Notes under the pieces: model-generated
Database searches by the model: none
What the model saw: the letters and a program-made list of their open reading frames with translations, nothing else
What the model was told of the DNA's origin: nothing
Shown: one piece after another, positions 39,070 to 48,630 of the stretch
Layout of the letters: each line of letters starts with the position of its first letter
How positions within the stretch are numbered: position 1 is the stretch's first letter
Assembly: GCA_963697005.1 (NCBI GenBank)
Contig: CAVOMK010000010.1
Coordinates: 19,774-83,773, forward strand
DNA: 64,000 nucleotides
Direction of reading: 5' to 3'
Source: an uncultured Actinomycetes bacterium
GTDB lineage: Bacteria; Actinomycetota; Thermoleophilia; Gaiellales; Gaiellaceae
Program-made: the position numbers and the translations under genes

Positions 39070-40902
39070 CTACGCGAACGCGATGGACAGCCCGGCCGGC
39101 CGCGTCTCGACGCGCGGCTCCCGGGCGAGGTACGCCTCGACGGCCGCAACGGCGGCGGCGTCGAACTGGACGCCCACGTTGGCGCGGAGCTGCTCGAGCG
39201 CGTACTCGACGGACTGGGCGGAGCGATAGGGCCGGTTGGCGGTCATGGCCTCGAACGCATCGGCCACGCGGACGATGCGGGCGCCGAGCGGGATCTCATC
39301 CGCCGCGAGCCGGTCCGGGTAGCCGCTGCCGTCCCAGTCCTCGTGATGGTGGAGGATCCACTCGTCGATCGGCGCGATTCCGAGACCCTCGAGCAGGGAG
39401 TAGCCGAGGGTCGAGTGGGTCTTGACCGTCTCGAACTCGGCCGGGGTGAGCGGTCGCGCAGCCTGGAGCAGGCTGTCGGCGATGCCGATCTTGCCGATGT
39501 CGTGCAGGAGGCCGGCGAGGGCGAGCTGGTCGACGGTGCTCTCGTCCAGGCCTATCTCGGCGCCGATGGCCGCGGCGAGCGTGGCGACGGTCTCCGAATG
39601 GTCGGCTGTCATCGGGTCTTTGGCGTCGACGAAGCGCACGATGTTCTTCGCGGCGCGCAGCCGCGCCATCCGCTCGGTCTCCCACTCGAGGTCCTTGGCG
39701 GAGTGGATGCGGACGACCTTGGGGCTATAGACGAAGGAGCGGTTTTTGCCGTGGTGCTTCGACCAGTACAGCGCGCCGTCGGCCATGCGCTGCAAGCCGT
39801 CGGCGTCGCTCGCCTGGCTCGGGTAGCTGGCAATGCCGACACTGATCGTGACCGGGGTGAAGCCGAGCGCGGCGACCGCGTCCTGGACCTCGGTGACCCG
39901 CTCGAACGCGATCGTCCCGTCCCCGTCGAACAGGAGGGCGAACTCGTCGCCGCCGCAGCGGAACGCGGCCCCGTCGCGGGCGTTGCTGAGGATCGCAGCG
40001 AGTGCGACGAGCACGTCGTCGCCGACCTGGTGGCCGTAGGTGTCGTTGATCCGCTTGAAGTCGTCCACGTCCACGATGCAGAGGGAGAACTCGGTGTGGT
40101 CGTGCACCGCCGACGCGATTCGCTCGCGCAGGGTCGCCTGGTACGAGCGATGGTTGCCGAGACCTGTGAGGTTGTCCGTCAGCGCATCGTGCAGAGCAAG
40201 CCGCGAGCGGAGAGCCGTGTGCTGGTAGAGGGAAAGCGCGAACAGCGGCCCGGCGAGGAGGATGAGCAGGGCCGGCCTGATCGCCCAAAGGTTCGCGGCG
40301 AGCGCGGCGAGGAACGCCATGATCGCGAACGCCGGGCCCGAATACCGCAGCATCGACACGACCGTCGCGCGGTACGCGAGCCCTTCCGCGAGCGCGACGG
40401 CGCCCGAGACGAAGCCGGCGTTGATGAGAACGAAGATCAGGCCGCCGACGAGCGCGTAGATGCACATCCTGCCGACGTCGTTTTGGCCAACCGTGCCGAA
40501 GAAGTTGGTCGCGCCGGCGCCCGCCGCCGCGAGGGCGTACGCGCCGCTGTTGAACCCAGCGCGCAGCACCGGGTTGCCCTGCCAGAGCATGGGCAGGAGG
40601 ATGCTGAGCGCCGCAACCGGGATCGCCGCCGCCCAACCGAAGATCACGAGGACGGCGATGAGGAAGACGAATGCGAGCGAAACCTGGCTGCCCTTGTCAT
40701 CGAGCGGGACCGGGTGGAGATCCGCGATGAGGGCGAGCCCGAGGAAGAGGCCGATTCCCAGCCAGTCGTACAGGCGGGGCGGATTCGCGGCCAGGCGCGC
40801 GGCGGAGACGCCGAGGGCGCCGGCTGCGAGGACCACGACGGCCCCGATGTAGGCCACGAGCCGTGGGGGAAGGCCGCAGATTGTCTTGTCGGTCGAGATC
40901 AT
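39070..40902 (-). CDS. Multi-TM sensor protein with GGDEF and HD-GYP domains, paralog B, intact.
   Basis: ORF 39070..40938 has a hydrophobic N-domain of about 250 aa, [19 protein letters not shown] and HHHEDWDGSGYP. ATG 40902 was chosen by alignment with paralog A. Confidence 0.88.
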   Translation of the reverse strand: MISTDKTICGLPPRLVAYIGAVVVLAAGALGVSAARLAANPPRLYDWLGIGLFLGLALIADLHPVPLDDKGSQVSLAFVFLIAVLVIFGWAAAIPVAALSILLPMLWQGNPVLRAGFNSGAYALAAAGAGATNFFGTVGQNDVGRMCIYALVGGLIFVLINAGFVSGAVALAEGLAYRATVVSMLRYSGPAFAIMAFLAALAANLWAIRPALLILLAGPLFALSLYQHTALRSRLALHDALTDNLTGLGNHRSYQATLRERIASAVHDHTEFSLCIVDVDDFKRINDTYGHQVGDDVLVALAAILSNARDGAAFRCGGDEFALLFDGDGTIAFERVTEVQDAVAALGFTPVTISVGIASYPSQASDADGLQRMADGALYWSKHHGKNRSFVYSPKVVRIHSAKDLEWETERMARLRAAKNIVRFVDAKDPMTADHSETVATLAAAIGAEIGLDESTVDQLALAGLLHDIGKIGIADSLLQAARPLTPAEFETVKTHSTLGYSLLEGLGIAPIDEWILHHHEDWDGSGYPDRLAADEIPLGARIVRVADAFEAMTANRPYRSAQSVEYALEQLRANVGVQFDAAAVAAVEAYLAREPRVETRPAGLSIAFA

Positions 40903-40960
40903 CGTCGCAGGGAAGCGCGGGGGAGCCGGTAATCGCACCGGCCCCGCCGCGGAAACCCTT

Positions 40961-41089
40961 CTAGAACAGGCCGGTCAGTGCGGACAGGAGATCGCCCCAG
41001 CGGAGTCCCGCACCCGAGGAAACGAGAAGCGAGGAAAGAGCGCCGATCGCAATCACAGCCTTGATTGTCGAGGAATGCCAACGAACCAT
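40961..41089 (-). CDS. Small hydrophobic peptide P3, 42 aa.
   Basis: The ATG lies 9 nt after GGAGG. The peptide is MVRWHSSTIKAVIAIGALSSLLVSSGAGLRWGDLLSALTGLF. It ends 58 nt upstream of paralog B. Confidence 0.55.
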   Translation of the reverse strand: MVRWHSSTIKAVIAIGALSSLLVSSGAGLRWGDLLSALTGLF

Positions 41090-41209
41090 GCAGGTTCACC
41101 TCCAAGTGGATAGCCGCAGTCCTGCAGTGCCCATCCTCCCTTTTGAGGAGTGATGAAAGCGCCCCCCGAACGGGGGATTTAGTCGCTAAGGCCTAGCTAC
41201 GATCGGCAA

Positions 41210-41848
41210 ATGCCGCACTTTCCGGTCGTCTTGTTCGACCTCGACGGCACGGTGATCGACTCCGGCGGGATCATCCTCGCCTCGATGCGCCATGCCACCC
41301 GCGAGGTGCTGGGCCGCGAATACTCGGACGAGGAGCTGATGCGGGCGGTCGGGGGCCCGGGCCTCGAGGCCCAGATGCAGGCCTTCGACTCGGAACGGGT
41401 GGACGAGCTCGTCACCGTCTACCGCGCCCACAACGAGCCGTTGCACGAGGAGCTCCTCTGTTGCGCCGGCATGGAGGACGCCCTCGAACGGCTCCATGCT
41501 GAGGGACGCCGGCTGGCGGTTGTCACCGCGAAGCGGCGCTCGACCGTCGAGCTTGCGTTCGCGCACGTGCCTCTCGGCCACCTGTTCGAGGTGATCGTCG
41601 GGGGCGACGAGACCGAGCGCCACAAGCCCGATCCCGAGCCGCTGCTCCTCGCGGCCGAGCGCCTCGGCGCCAGTCCCGAGGAGGCGGTCTACATCGGCGA
41701 CTCCCCCTTCGACGTCCGGGCCGCCAAGGCGGCGGGGATGGCATCGGTGGCGGTCACGTGGGGCCGCATCCACGACCGCTCGCGGCTCGAGAACGAGCAC
41801 CCGGACGCGGTCGTCGACACGGCGGAGCAGCTGCTTGCCGTCATCTGA
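41210..41848 (+). CDS. HAD-IA family phosphatase (PpaX/Gph-like).
   Basis: The protein reads VVLFDLDGTVIDSGG ... VVTAKRR ... YIGDSPFDVRAAKAAGM. Confidence 0.85.
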   Translation: MPHFPVVLFDLDGTVIDSGGIILASMRHATREVLGREYSDEELMRAVGGPGLEAQMQAFDSERVDELVTVYRAHNEPLHEELLCCAGMEDALERLHAEGRRLAVVTAKRRSTVELAFAHVPLGHLFEVIVGGDETERHKPDPEPLLLAAERLGASPEEAVYIGDSPFDVRAAKAAGMASVAVTWGRIHDRSRLENEHPDAVVDTAEQLLAVI

Positions 41849-43843
41849 TCCGGTCGTTCGCGCTGCCGAGCTGCGCGAGCTCCTCAATCGCGCGCTCATC
41901 GCCTACCACGTCGACGACGACCCGATCATGGAGGACGCCGCGTACGACGTCCTCTACGACGAGCTGGCAGCGATCGAGATGGAGCACCCCGAGATCGTCA
42001 CGCCCGACTCGCCGACGCAGCGCGTCGGTGCCCCGCTCTCGGGGCAGTTCCAGAAGGTCCGGCACCTGTCGCCGATGGGCTCGCTGGAGAAGGTGACCAC
42101 CGACGAGGCGATCGCCAAATGGGCGGACGACGTCCGCAAGCGGCTCGGCACCGACGAGCCGGTGGCCTACGTCCTCGAGCCGAAGATCGACGGCTCCGCC
42201 ATCAACCTCGTGTACGAGAACGGGATGTTCGTGCGCGGCGCCACGCGCGGCGACGGCGTGCAGGGCGAGGACGTCACGCCCAACCTGCGCACGATCGGCG
42301 CCATCCCGCTGCAGATGCAGGGCGACGCGCCGCCGCTCGTCGAGGTTCGCGGCGAGGTGTACATGCCGCTCTCCGGCTTCCGCGCGTTCAACGAGCGCCT
42401 CGTCGCCGAGGGGAAGCCGACCACGCCGAACCCGCGCAACGCCTCGGCGGGATCGCTCCGGCAGAAGGACTCGTCCATCACCGCGCAGCGGCCGCTCTCG
42501 ATCTGGGTGTACGGGACCGGTCTTCGCGAGGGCCTCGACGAGCTGACGACGCACTGGGAGACGCTGCAGTGGCTGCGCGCGCACGGATTCCGCACGAACC
42601 CGTTCGCGGAGCGCGTGGAGTCGATCGAGGAGATCGCAGAGCGCGTGCGTGCGTGGGAGCTGCGGCGCGCCGACCTCGACTACGAGATCGACGGCATCGT
42701 CATCAAGGTCGACTCGTTCGACCAGCAGGCCCGGCTCGGCTCGCTGCACGAGCGCCCACGCTGGGCGCGCGCGTTCAAGTGGGCGCCGATGACCGCGGTC
42801 ACGCGGCTGAACAAGATCCTCATCCGCGTCGGTCGCACCGGCGCGCTCAACCCATGGGCCGTGCTCGAGCCGGTCGAGGTGGGCGGCGTCACCATCTCGC
42901 GCGCGACGCTGCACAACGAGGAGGACATCAACCGCAAGGAGATCCGCGAGGGCGACGACGTCATCGTCCAGCGCGCGGGCGACGTCATCCCGCAGATCGT
43001 CGGTCCGGCGGGCGCGCACCGGAAGGGGACGAAGCGGTTCCGCATGCCGACGCACTGCCCGCTGTGCGGCACCGAGGTGGTGAAGCCCGAAGGCGAGGCG
43101 ATGCACCGCTGCCCGAACCGGGCCTGCCCGTCGCGCGGGCTCGAGGCGCTGATCAACTGGGTGATGGCGGCGGCCGACATCGACGGCGTCGGCGAGCAGT
43201 CGGTGCGGCGGCTGTGGGATCTCGGCATCGTGCGTTCCGTCCCCGAGCTGTACCGGTTGACGCGCGAGCAACTGATGGAGGTCGACGGCTACGCGGAGAT
43301 CAGCGCCGGCAACGCGATCGAAGCAATCGCAAGCCTCGAAGGCGATTCCGTTCTCGCGCGTCCTCTTCGGGTTGAACATCCCCGACGTGGGCTGGGTGAC
43401 CGGGCAGACGCTCGCCCGCCACTTCGGCACCGTCGACGCGCTCATGAACGCGACGCAGGAGGAGCTGGTCGAGGCGGAAGGCATCGGTCCCGGAGCGCGC
43501 GGAGGCGATCGCGGAGTGGTTCCGCGACGACGACAACCGCCGGCTCGTCGAGGAGCTGCGTGACCTGGGGCTGCGATTCGAAGCGGGGGAGGAGGAGCGT
43601 CCCGTCGAGGGGCCGCTCACCGGCGAGCGCTACGTCGTCACGGGCACGCTCGAGCGCTTCACGCGCGAGGAGGCCGAGGCGGCGCTCGAGGCGCGCGGCG
43701 CGAAGGTGTCCGACTCCGTGTCTTCGAAGACGACCGGCCTGATCGTCGGCGAGGAGCCGGGCAAGTCGAAGCTCACGAAGGCCGAGAAGTTCGGCGTGCC
43801 GATTCTCTCGGAAGACGACCTAGTGCAGTTGCTGCGCGGCTAA
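41835..43843 (+). CDS. ligA: NAD-dependent DNA ligase with two apparent +1 frame changes, near 43332 and 43492.
   Basis: The protein carries LEPKIDGSAINLVYENG and CPLCGTEVVKPEGEAMHRCPNRACP. It continues as ASKAIPFSRVLFGLNIPDVGWVTG in frame 1, and the BRCT end ...GVPILSEDDLVQLLRG is in frame 2. Stop is TAA 43841-43843. Confidence 0.93.
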
Positions 43844-45046
43844 CGCCGATCGCGAACTTGTCCTCGGCGAGGCGCGACGCACGTCCACGAAACCGGCGCG
43901 CCGTTGACGAGCACCGAGAAGACGTAGCTGTCGCCGACGAAGCCGGAGAGCGCGGTGGAGTTGTCCGTCGTACCCGTCTTTGCTCGCACGACACCGGCGG
44001 CAACGGTGCCGCGCATGCGGTCGTGCCAGCGTCCCGCTGCGACCCGCGACCGGCAGCGACGCAAGCAGCTCCGGCTGCATCGACGGGTCGCTCCACATCA
44101 CACGCAGGAGCGAGACGAGCGTCGACGCCGTCATCCGGTCGATCAGCGAGAGGCCTGAGCCGTCGGCCATCGTTACGCCGGCGAGCGGCACGCCCGCGGC
44201 GGCGAGCTGCGCGCGGACGACACCGATGCCGGCCGCGGTCGTCCCCGCGCCGGCCTGCACGGCGCCGAGCTCCTTCACAAGCATCTCTGCGGTGAAGTTG
44301 TCGCTCACCTTGTCCATCCAGTGCACCATGGCGGCGAGCGTCGGCGAGTCGACGGACGCGAGCTCGACGCCCGCGTCGTCCGCGGCGCCGAGCGTGGCTC
44401 CGCCGGCGACTGTCACGCCTGCGCGGGCGAGCAGCTTCGCGAACTTCTGAGCGGCCGACAGTGCCGGGTTGTGCGACGTGAAACGGCCGACGGCGCCGCG
44501 GTCGACGATGAGTGCCGACAGCGGCGGCGACTCCTTGATGTAGAACGCCGCCTTCCAGCCCGGCGCCGTGCGGTGCGCATCGAACCACGTCTCGTCGCCG
44601 AGCACCTCGCCGCTGACCGCCGTGATCCCGTCGGCGCGGATCTGGTGCGCAAGCGCTACGAGGTCCTGCGACGAGAGCGTTGGATCGCCGTAGCCCTTCA
44701 GGACGAGGTTGCCGTGCCACGTCGATCCGTCCTGCTCGCCTTCGCCGAGGACGTCCGTCTCGATGCGGAAGGCGGGGCCGAGCGCGGTCAGCGCCGCGTA
44801 GGTGACCGCGAGCTTCTCGTTCGAGGCGGGCCGGAGGGGCAGCGTCGCGTTGTGCGCGAAGACGACCCGGCCGGTGGAGAGGTCGACCGCGACGGCGCCG
44901 GAGGTGGCGAAGTCGACGAACGGCGCGTGCAGCGCCCGGGAGAGCAGGGACGGCAGCGACCCGTTCGCAGCGCCGCCCGGAACGGCGAGGACGGCGGAGA
45001 CGACCCCGAGGGCTGCGACGGTGCGGGCGAGCACGTGCCGTTTCAT
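43820..45046 (-). CDS. dacB: D-alanyl-D-alanine carboxypeptidase/endopeptidase (PBP4, S13-like) with two to three apparent frame changes in the last 230 nt.
   Basis: ATG 45046 gives MKRHVLARTVAALGVVSAVLAVPG. Motifs ASNEK, SDN and KTGT are present. The KTGTT segment is in ORF 43840..44064. Confidence 0.85.
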   Translation of the reverse strand: MKRHVLARTVAALGVVSAVLAVPGGAANGSLPSLLSRALHAPFVDFATSGAVAVDLSTGRVVFAHNATLPLRPASNEKLAVTYAALTALGPAFRIETDVLGEGEQDGSTWHGNLVLKGYGDPTLSSQDLVALAHQIRADGITAVSGEVLGDETWFDAHRTAPGWKAAFYIKESPPLSALIVDRGAVGRFTSHNPALSAAQKFAKLLARAGVTVAGGATLGAADDAGVELASVDSPTLAAMVHWMDKVSDNFTAEMLVKELGAVQAGAGTTAAGIGVVRAQLAAAGVPLAGVTMADGSGLSLIDRMTASTLVSLLRVMWSDPSMQPELLASLPVAGRSGTLARPHARHRCRRCRASKDGYDGQLHRALRLRRRQLRLLGARQRRAGFVDVRRASPRTSSRSALAAQQLH

Positions 45047-45153
45047 TGTTTGGGCCGGTACAGGGATCGTCAAGGGCGATGGGTCGTACGGACGGCGAAG
45101 ATGGGTCGCCAGGCCCTGTTGGACCGGCGAAAGGGCCTCGATAATCGACGGTC

Positions 45154-45486
45154 GTGGGTGGAAACGACGACGCCGTGCTGCAGCGGATCGAAGAGCTGCT
45201 CGAGGCCCCTGCAAGCGGGGAGGCTGCGCCGACGCTCGCGAGCATGGAGGAGACCCTGACCGACGGCTACGCCGAGGCGCTCGCCCTCGAGGCCGAGCGG
45301 TCGCGCATCGAGCGCAGGATCGGCGAGGTGGCACGGACGGTGGAGGAGCCCGTCGGGAAGCACATCACGGACGAGATCGTCGCGCTCGGCCGGCGGCTCA
45401 CGCACGCCGACCTCGAGCTGGGACGTCTGCGGACGATGCTGCGGCGGCTGCAGGCGCGCACGCGCGCGCTGCGGCACGCGTCTTAG
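45154..45486 (+). CDS. Hypothetical helical protein, 110 aa.
   Basis: The ORF has consistently high third-position GC. I recognise no family. Confidence 0.45.
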   Translation: MGGNDDAVLQRIEELLEAPASGEAAPTLASMEETLTDGYAEALALEAERSRIERRIGEVARTVEEPVGKHITDEIVALGRRLTHADLELGRLRTMLRRLQARTRALRHAS

Positions 45487-45529
45487 AGCGGTTGCTCGGC
45501 CTCAAGCGTTGGAGTCAGGCAGAGCAGAC

Positions 45530-45554
45530 GGACACGCGGCGAAGCCGCGCGTCC
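45530..45554. terminator. GC-rich hairpin with a GAA loop between convergent genes.
   Basis: The sequence is GGACACGCGGC-GAA-GCCGCGCGTCC, with one mismatch and no U-tract. Confidence 0.35.
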
Positions 45555-45584
45555 TGAGGTCGGCGCCGACAAGCGGCGCCTCGG

Positions 45585-46214
45585 CTAGACGATTCCGCTG
45601 CGCACGGCGTAGACCGCCGCTTGGATGCGGTTGTCGATCTGCAGCTTCATGAGGATGTTGGAGATGTGGTTCTTCACCGTCTTCGGACTGATGTGCAGCT
45701 CGCCGGCGATCACCGCGTTGTCCTTGCCGTTCGCGATCAGCTTGAGTACCTCGATCTCGCGGTCGGACAGCTCGGACCGGATCGCGTCGGCGATCTCCGG
45801 CTGCGCGCTCGTCGCACGCACGCGCTGCAGAACCTTCGCCGCGATGCCGGGGGAGATCAGTGACTCGCCGCGCGATGCGGCGCGGATGCCGGCCAGCAGC
45901 TCGTCGATCGACGCGTCCTTCAACAGGTAGCCGCACGCGCCGGCGAGGATTGCGTCCAGCACGTCGGCGTCCTCGTCGGAGATGGTCAGCATGACGACGC
46001 GGGTGAGCGGAGCGATCGCCGCGATGTGCCGCGTCGCCTCGACGCCGCCCATGCCGGGCATGTTGAGATCCATGACGACGACGTCGGGCGCGTTCTCCCG
46101 AACGGATCGGACAGCCTCCGTGCCCGATGCAGCTTCGCCCGAGACCTGGACGCCCTGCTCCTCGAGCAGGTTGCGCAGTCCCGTCCGGAACAGGTCGTGG
46201 TCGTCGACGATCAA
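45585..46214 (-). CDS. NarL/LuxR-family response regulator.
   Basis: The receiver domain reads IVDDHDLFRTGL...VVVMDLNMPGM, and the HTH region reads LSDREIEVLKLIANGKDNAVIAGELHISPKTVKNHISNI. Homology (ETLRVL) extends upstream of TTG 46214, so an ATG at 46243 plus an indel is possible. Confidence 0.88.
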   Translation of the reverse strand: MIVDDHDLFRTGLRNLLEEQGVQVSGEAASGTEAVRSVRENAPDVVVMDLNMPGMGGVEATRHIAAIAPLTRVVMLTISDEDADVLDAILAGACGYLLKDASIDELLAGIRAASRGESLISPGIAAKVLQRVRATSAQPEIADAIRSELSDREIEVLKLIANGKDNAVIAGELHISPKTVKNHISNILMKLQIDNRIQAAVYAVRSGIV

Positions 46215-46297
46215 GACGCGAAGCGTCTCGAGCCCACGCTCATCGCTGGCCGAAAGCGGCTCAGTCAGGTCTTCACACCCCCCTTACGCGGCCAAGT

Positions 46298-47335
46298 CTA
46301 GTGCAGGGTGATGGTGACCGTTCGCCGCCCCCAGGCGAACGCCTGTGCGACGGTGGGGAACCAGAGATCGATGGAATCGCCGCGGACTCCGCTGCCGACG
46401 TCGGCCGCCACGGCCTCGCCGTACCCCGGGACCGTCATGCGCGTGCCGAGCGGGATGACCGTGGGATCGACGGCGACGATCCCCCAGCCGACGGGGAGCC
46501 CCGTCGCGGTGTGCCCCGGAAGCGAATAGCCGGTGGCGGACACGACGAGCGTGCGGCCGCCGCTGCTCTGGGCCGACGCCGGAGCAGGGCTTGGGTCTCC
46601 GACCACCGCAGGCACCGGCCCGCTCGCGGCCACCGCCGCCGTCAGCGTCGTCGACTTGACCTCTGCGCGCTGCACCGACGCTTCGAGCTGCTGAATCTGC
46701 GACGCCTTCAACTGCTGCTGCGTACGCAGGCCGGAGATGAAGGAGAGCCGGTCGGCGCGCGCCGACGCGAGCGTCCTCGTCGTGCCGGCGGCAGCGCGAA
46801 CCGCGCTTGCGATGCGTGCGCGATGCGTCGACAGCGCTGCGCGCAGTCGCTGTAGTCGATGCTTCGCGAGGGCGGACGCGACCACGAATTGGCTGCTCTG
46901 GTCGGTAACGCGCTTCAACCCGTCGAGCGTCGACACCGCTTCGTCGAGCGACTCTGCGCCGAGGATGACGGCGACGGGATCGGTGTCGCCTTGCTCGTAC
47001 ATGAAACGCAGGTTGGCACCGAGATGCTGCTGCGAGATCGTGAGCGTGCGTTGGGTCGCGCCGATCTGTTGCGCGAGTTGCACCTGCTGGAGACGAAGGT
47101 GCGCGGCCTCAGAACGCAGACTCGTCAACTTCGAATGCGCGGCCGCGAGACTCGAGTCGAGCGCGTAGAGGTCGAGCGACGCACTGTGAAGTCGTCCCGC
47201 GAGCACGTTCTCTTCCGCCTGCAGGCTGCTCACATGCGACCCGGGGCCGGCGGCTGCGGGCGAGCCGGCGGCGAAGACGAGCACCGCAGAGACGCCGACC
47301 AGCAGCGCCGCGGATCGTGTCCTTCGGGCGCTCAC
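46298..47335 (-). CDS. Secreted coiled-coil protein with a C-terminal 3D (MltA-like) domain.
   Basis: It has a signal peptide, AALLVGVSAVLVFAAGSPAAA. The C-terminus reads TATGLPVGWGIVAVDPTVIPLGTRMTVPGYGEAVAADVGSGVRGDSIDLW. Confidence 0.8.
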   Translation of the reverse strand: MSARRTRSAALLVGVSAVLVFAAGSPAAAGPGSHVSSLQAEENVLAGRLHSASLDLYALDSSLAAAHSKLTSLRSEAAHLRLQQVQLAQQIGATQRTLTISQQHLGANLRFMYEQGDTDPVAVILGAESLDEAVSTLDGLKRVTDQSSQFVVASALAKHRLQRLRAALSTHRARIASAVRAAAGTTRTLASARADRLSFISGLRTQQQLKASQIQQLEASVQRAEVKSTTLTAAVAASGPVPAVVGDPSPAPASAQSSGGRTLVVSATGYSLPGHTATGLPVGWGIVAVDPTVIPLGTRMTVPGYGEAVAADVGSGVRGDSIDLWFPTVAQAFAWGRRTVTITLH

Positions 47336-47452
47336 GAGGGCGGGACCGTACCATACGAATCCGGTGATTTCGGCCAGTTTGTGCAGGGTCTTTTGCCGGA
47401 TCCTGGCGTGGGGCTAGTGGCAATTTGCGGCAACTTTCACGGCTTTTACCGG

Positions 47453-47481
47453 TTGCCAGCATCCGAAAGCCCTGGTAGCGT
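47453..47481 (+). promoter_or_regulatory. Candidate promoter TTGCCA-17 nt-TAGCGT for the NlpC/P60 gene.
   Basis: The hexamers were read directly. The -10 element ends 29 nt before GTG 47511, and GGAGGG is at 47501-47506. Confidence 0.3.
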
Positions 47482-47510
47482 CCCGACCTTGTGACGTATG
47501 GGAGGGCCCG

Positions 47511-48630
47511 GTGCGGACGCGCCGGGTGAACGTCGGGAAACGTCATCCAGACACTGAAGCGACACGCTCCGGTCCTCGTCATCGCCCTCGCCGCGGCTTG
47601 CGTTGCGGCCGGTGTAGCCACTGCCGACCCGTCGATCAGCGCGAAGCAGGCGCAGGCGCAGCAGGTGATGATGCAGATCCAGCAGCTCGACTCGAACCTC
47701 GAGCGCGCACGCAACAGCTACGACTCCGCGAACGTCAAGCTGCACGCGATCGAGCACAGCCTCGCGATCAATCGCATCGGGCTGCACGTCGCTCGGTCGA
47801 ACCTCGTCATCGCGCAGCATGACCTGTCGCAGCGGCTCGTCTCGATCTACACGACGCGCGACAACCAGTCGACGCTCGCAGTCGTCCTCGGCGCGACGAG
47901 CATCGACGATCTCGTCAACCGCATCGAGTCCGTCCAGTCGCTGTCGACGCAAGACGTCGCAGTCGTGCACCAGGTCATCTCGTTCAAACGCGAGGTGACG
48001 GTCCGCCAGCACACGCTCGTCCACGATCGTCACGCGCAGACCGCGCTCGTGGCCCAACGCGCGGCCGCCAAGGCGCGGATCGCGTCGCAGCTCGGTCGGC
48101 AGCAGCGCCTGTACAACTCGATCAAGGGCGAGATCGCGCATCTCGTCGCGATGCAGCACGCGCGGCAGCTCGCACTCGAGCGCCAGGCGCAGCAGCGGGT
48201 CGCTGCCTTCCAGGCGCAGGGACAGAATCCGGCACTCGATCTGAGCACCGGCTTCACGGATCCGCCGACGCAGTACTCGGGCGTCGTCGGGATCGCGATG
48301 CAGTACCTCGGCGTCCCGTACGTCTGGGGCGGCGCGAGCCCGAGCGGATTCGACTGCTCCGGTTTTGTCATGTACGTGTACGCGCAGGTCGGCGTGTCGC
48401 TGCCGCACTACACGGGCGCGCAGTGGGGCATGGGCATCCCCGTCGCATACAGCGACCTTCAACCCGGCGACCTCGTCTTCTTCGACGGGCTCGGCCACGT
48501 CGGGATCTACATCGGCGGCGGCGAGTTCATCCACTCTCCGCACACCGGTGACGTCGTCCGGATCGACAGCCTCTCCGAGGCCTGGTACGCCGCCACGTAC
48601 GACGGCGCGCGCAGGATCACCAGCGGCTAG
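47511..48630 (+). CDS. Secreted coiled-coil NlpC/P60 (C40) peptidoglycan endopeptidase with an apparent +1 frame change near 47541-47544.
   Basis: GTG 47511 gives MRTRRVNVGKR. The reading then continues in frame 1 as IQTLKRHAPVLVIALAAACVAAGVATA. The C-terminus reads YVWGGASPSGFDCSGFVMYVY...GHVGIYIGGGEFIHSP. Confidence 0.85.

Noticed and set aside
33138-41209. A mobile-element origin of the duplicated cassettes (IS element, integrase or tRNA attachment site).
   Set aside because: No transposase, integrase or tRNA gene lies in or next to the region, and I recognised no terminal inverted repeats. Tandem duplication with an inserted or retained GH38 gene is sufficient.
47336-47510. A c-di-AMP (ydaO-type) riboswitch upstream of the NlpC/P60 or 3D-domain hydrolase genes, a common actinobacterial arrangement.
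   Set aside because: On neither strand could I find the conserved cores as I remember them (GGGGACCCA, GGGGUGAAUC, CCCGAAUCCG...AGCUAACCUCGUA). Only a vague resemblance (CCGAAAGCC...ACCTTGTGACG) is present. A cmsearch run would settle it.
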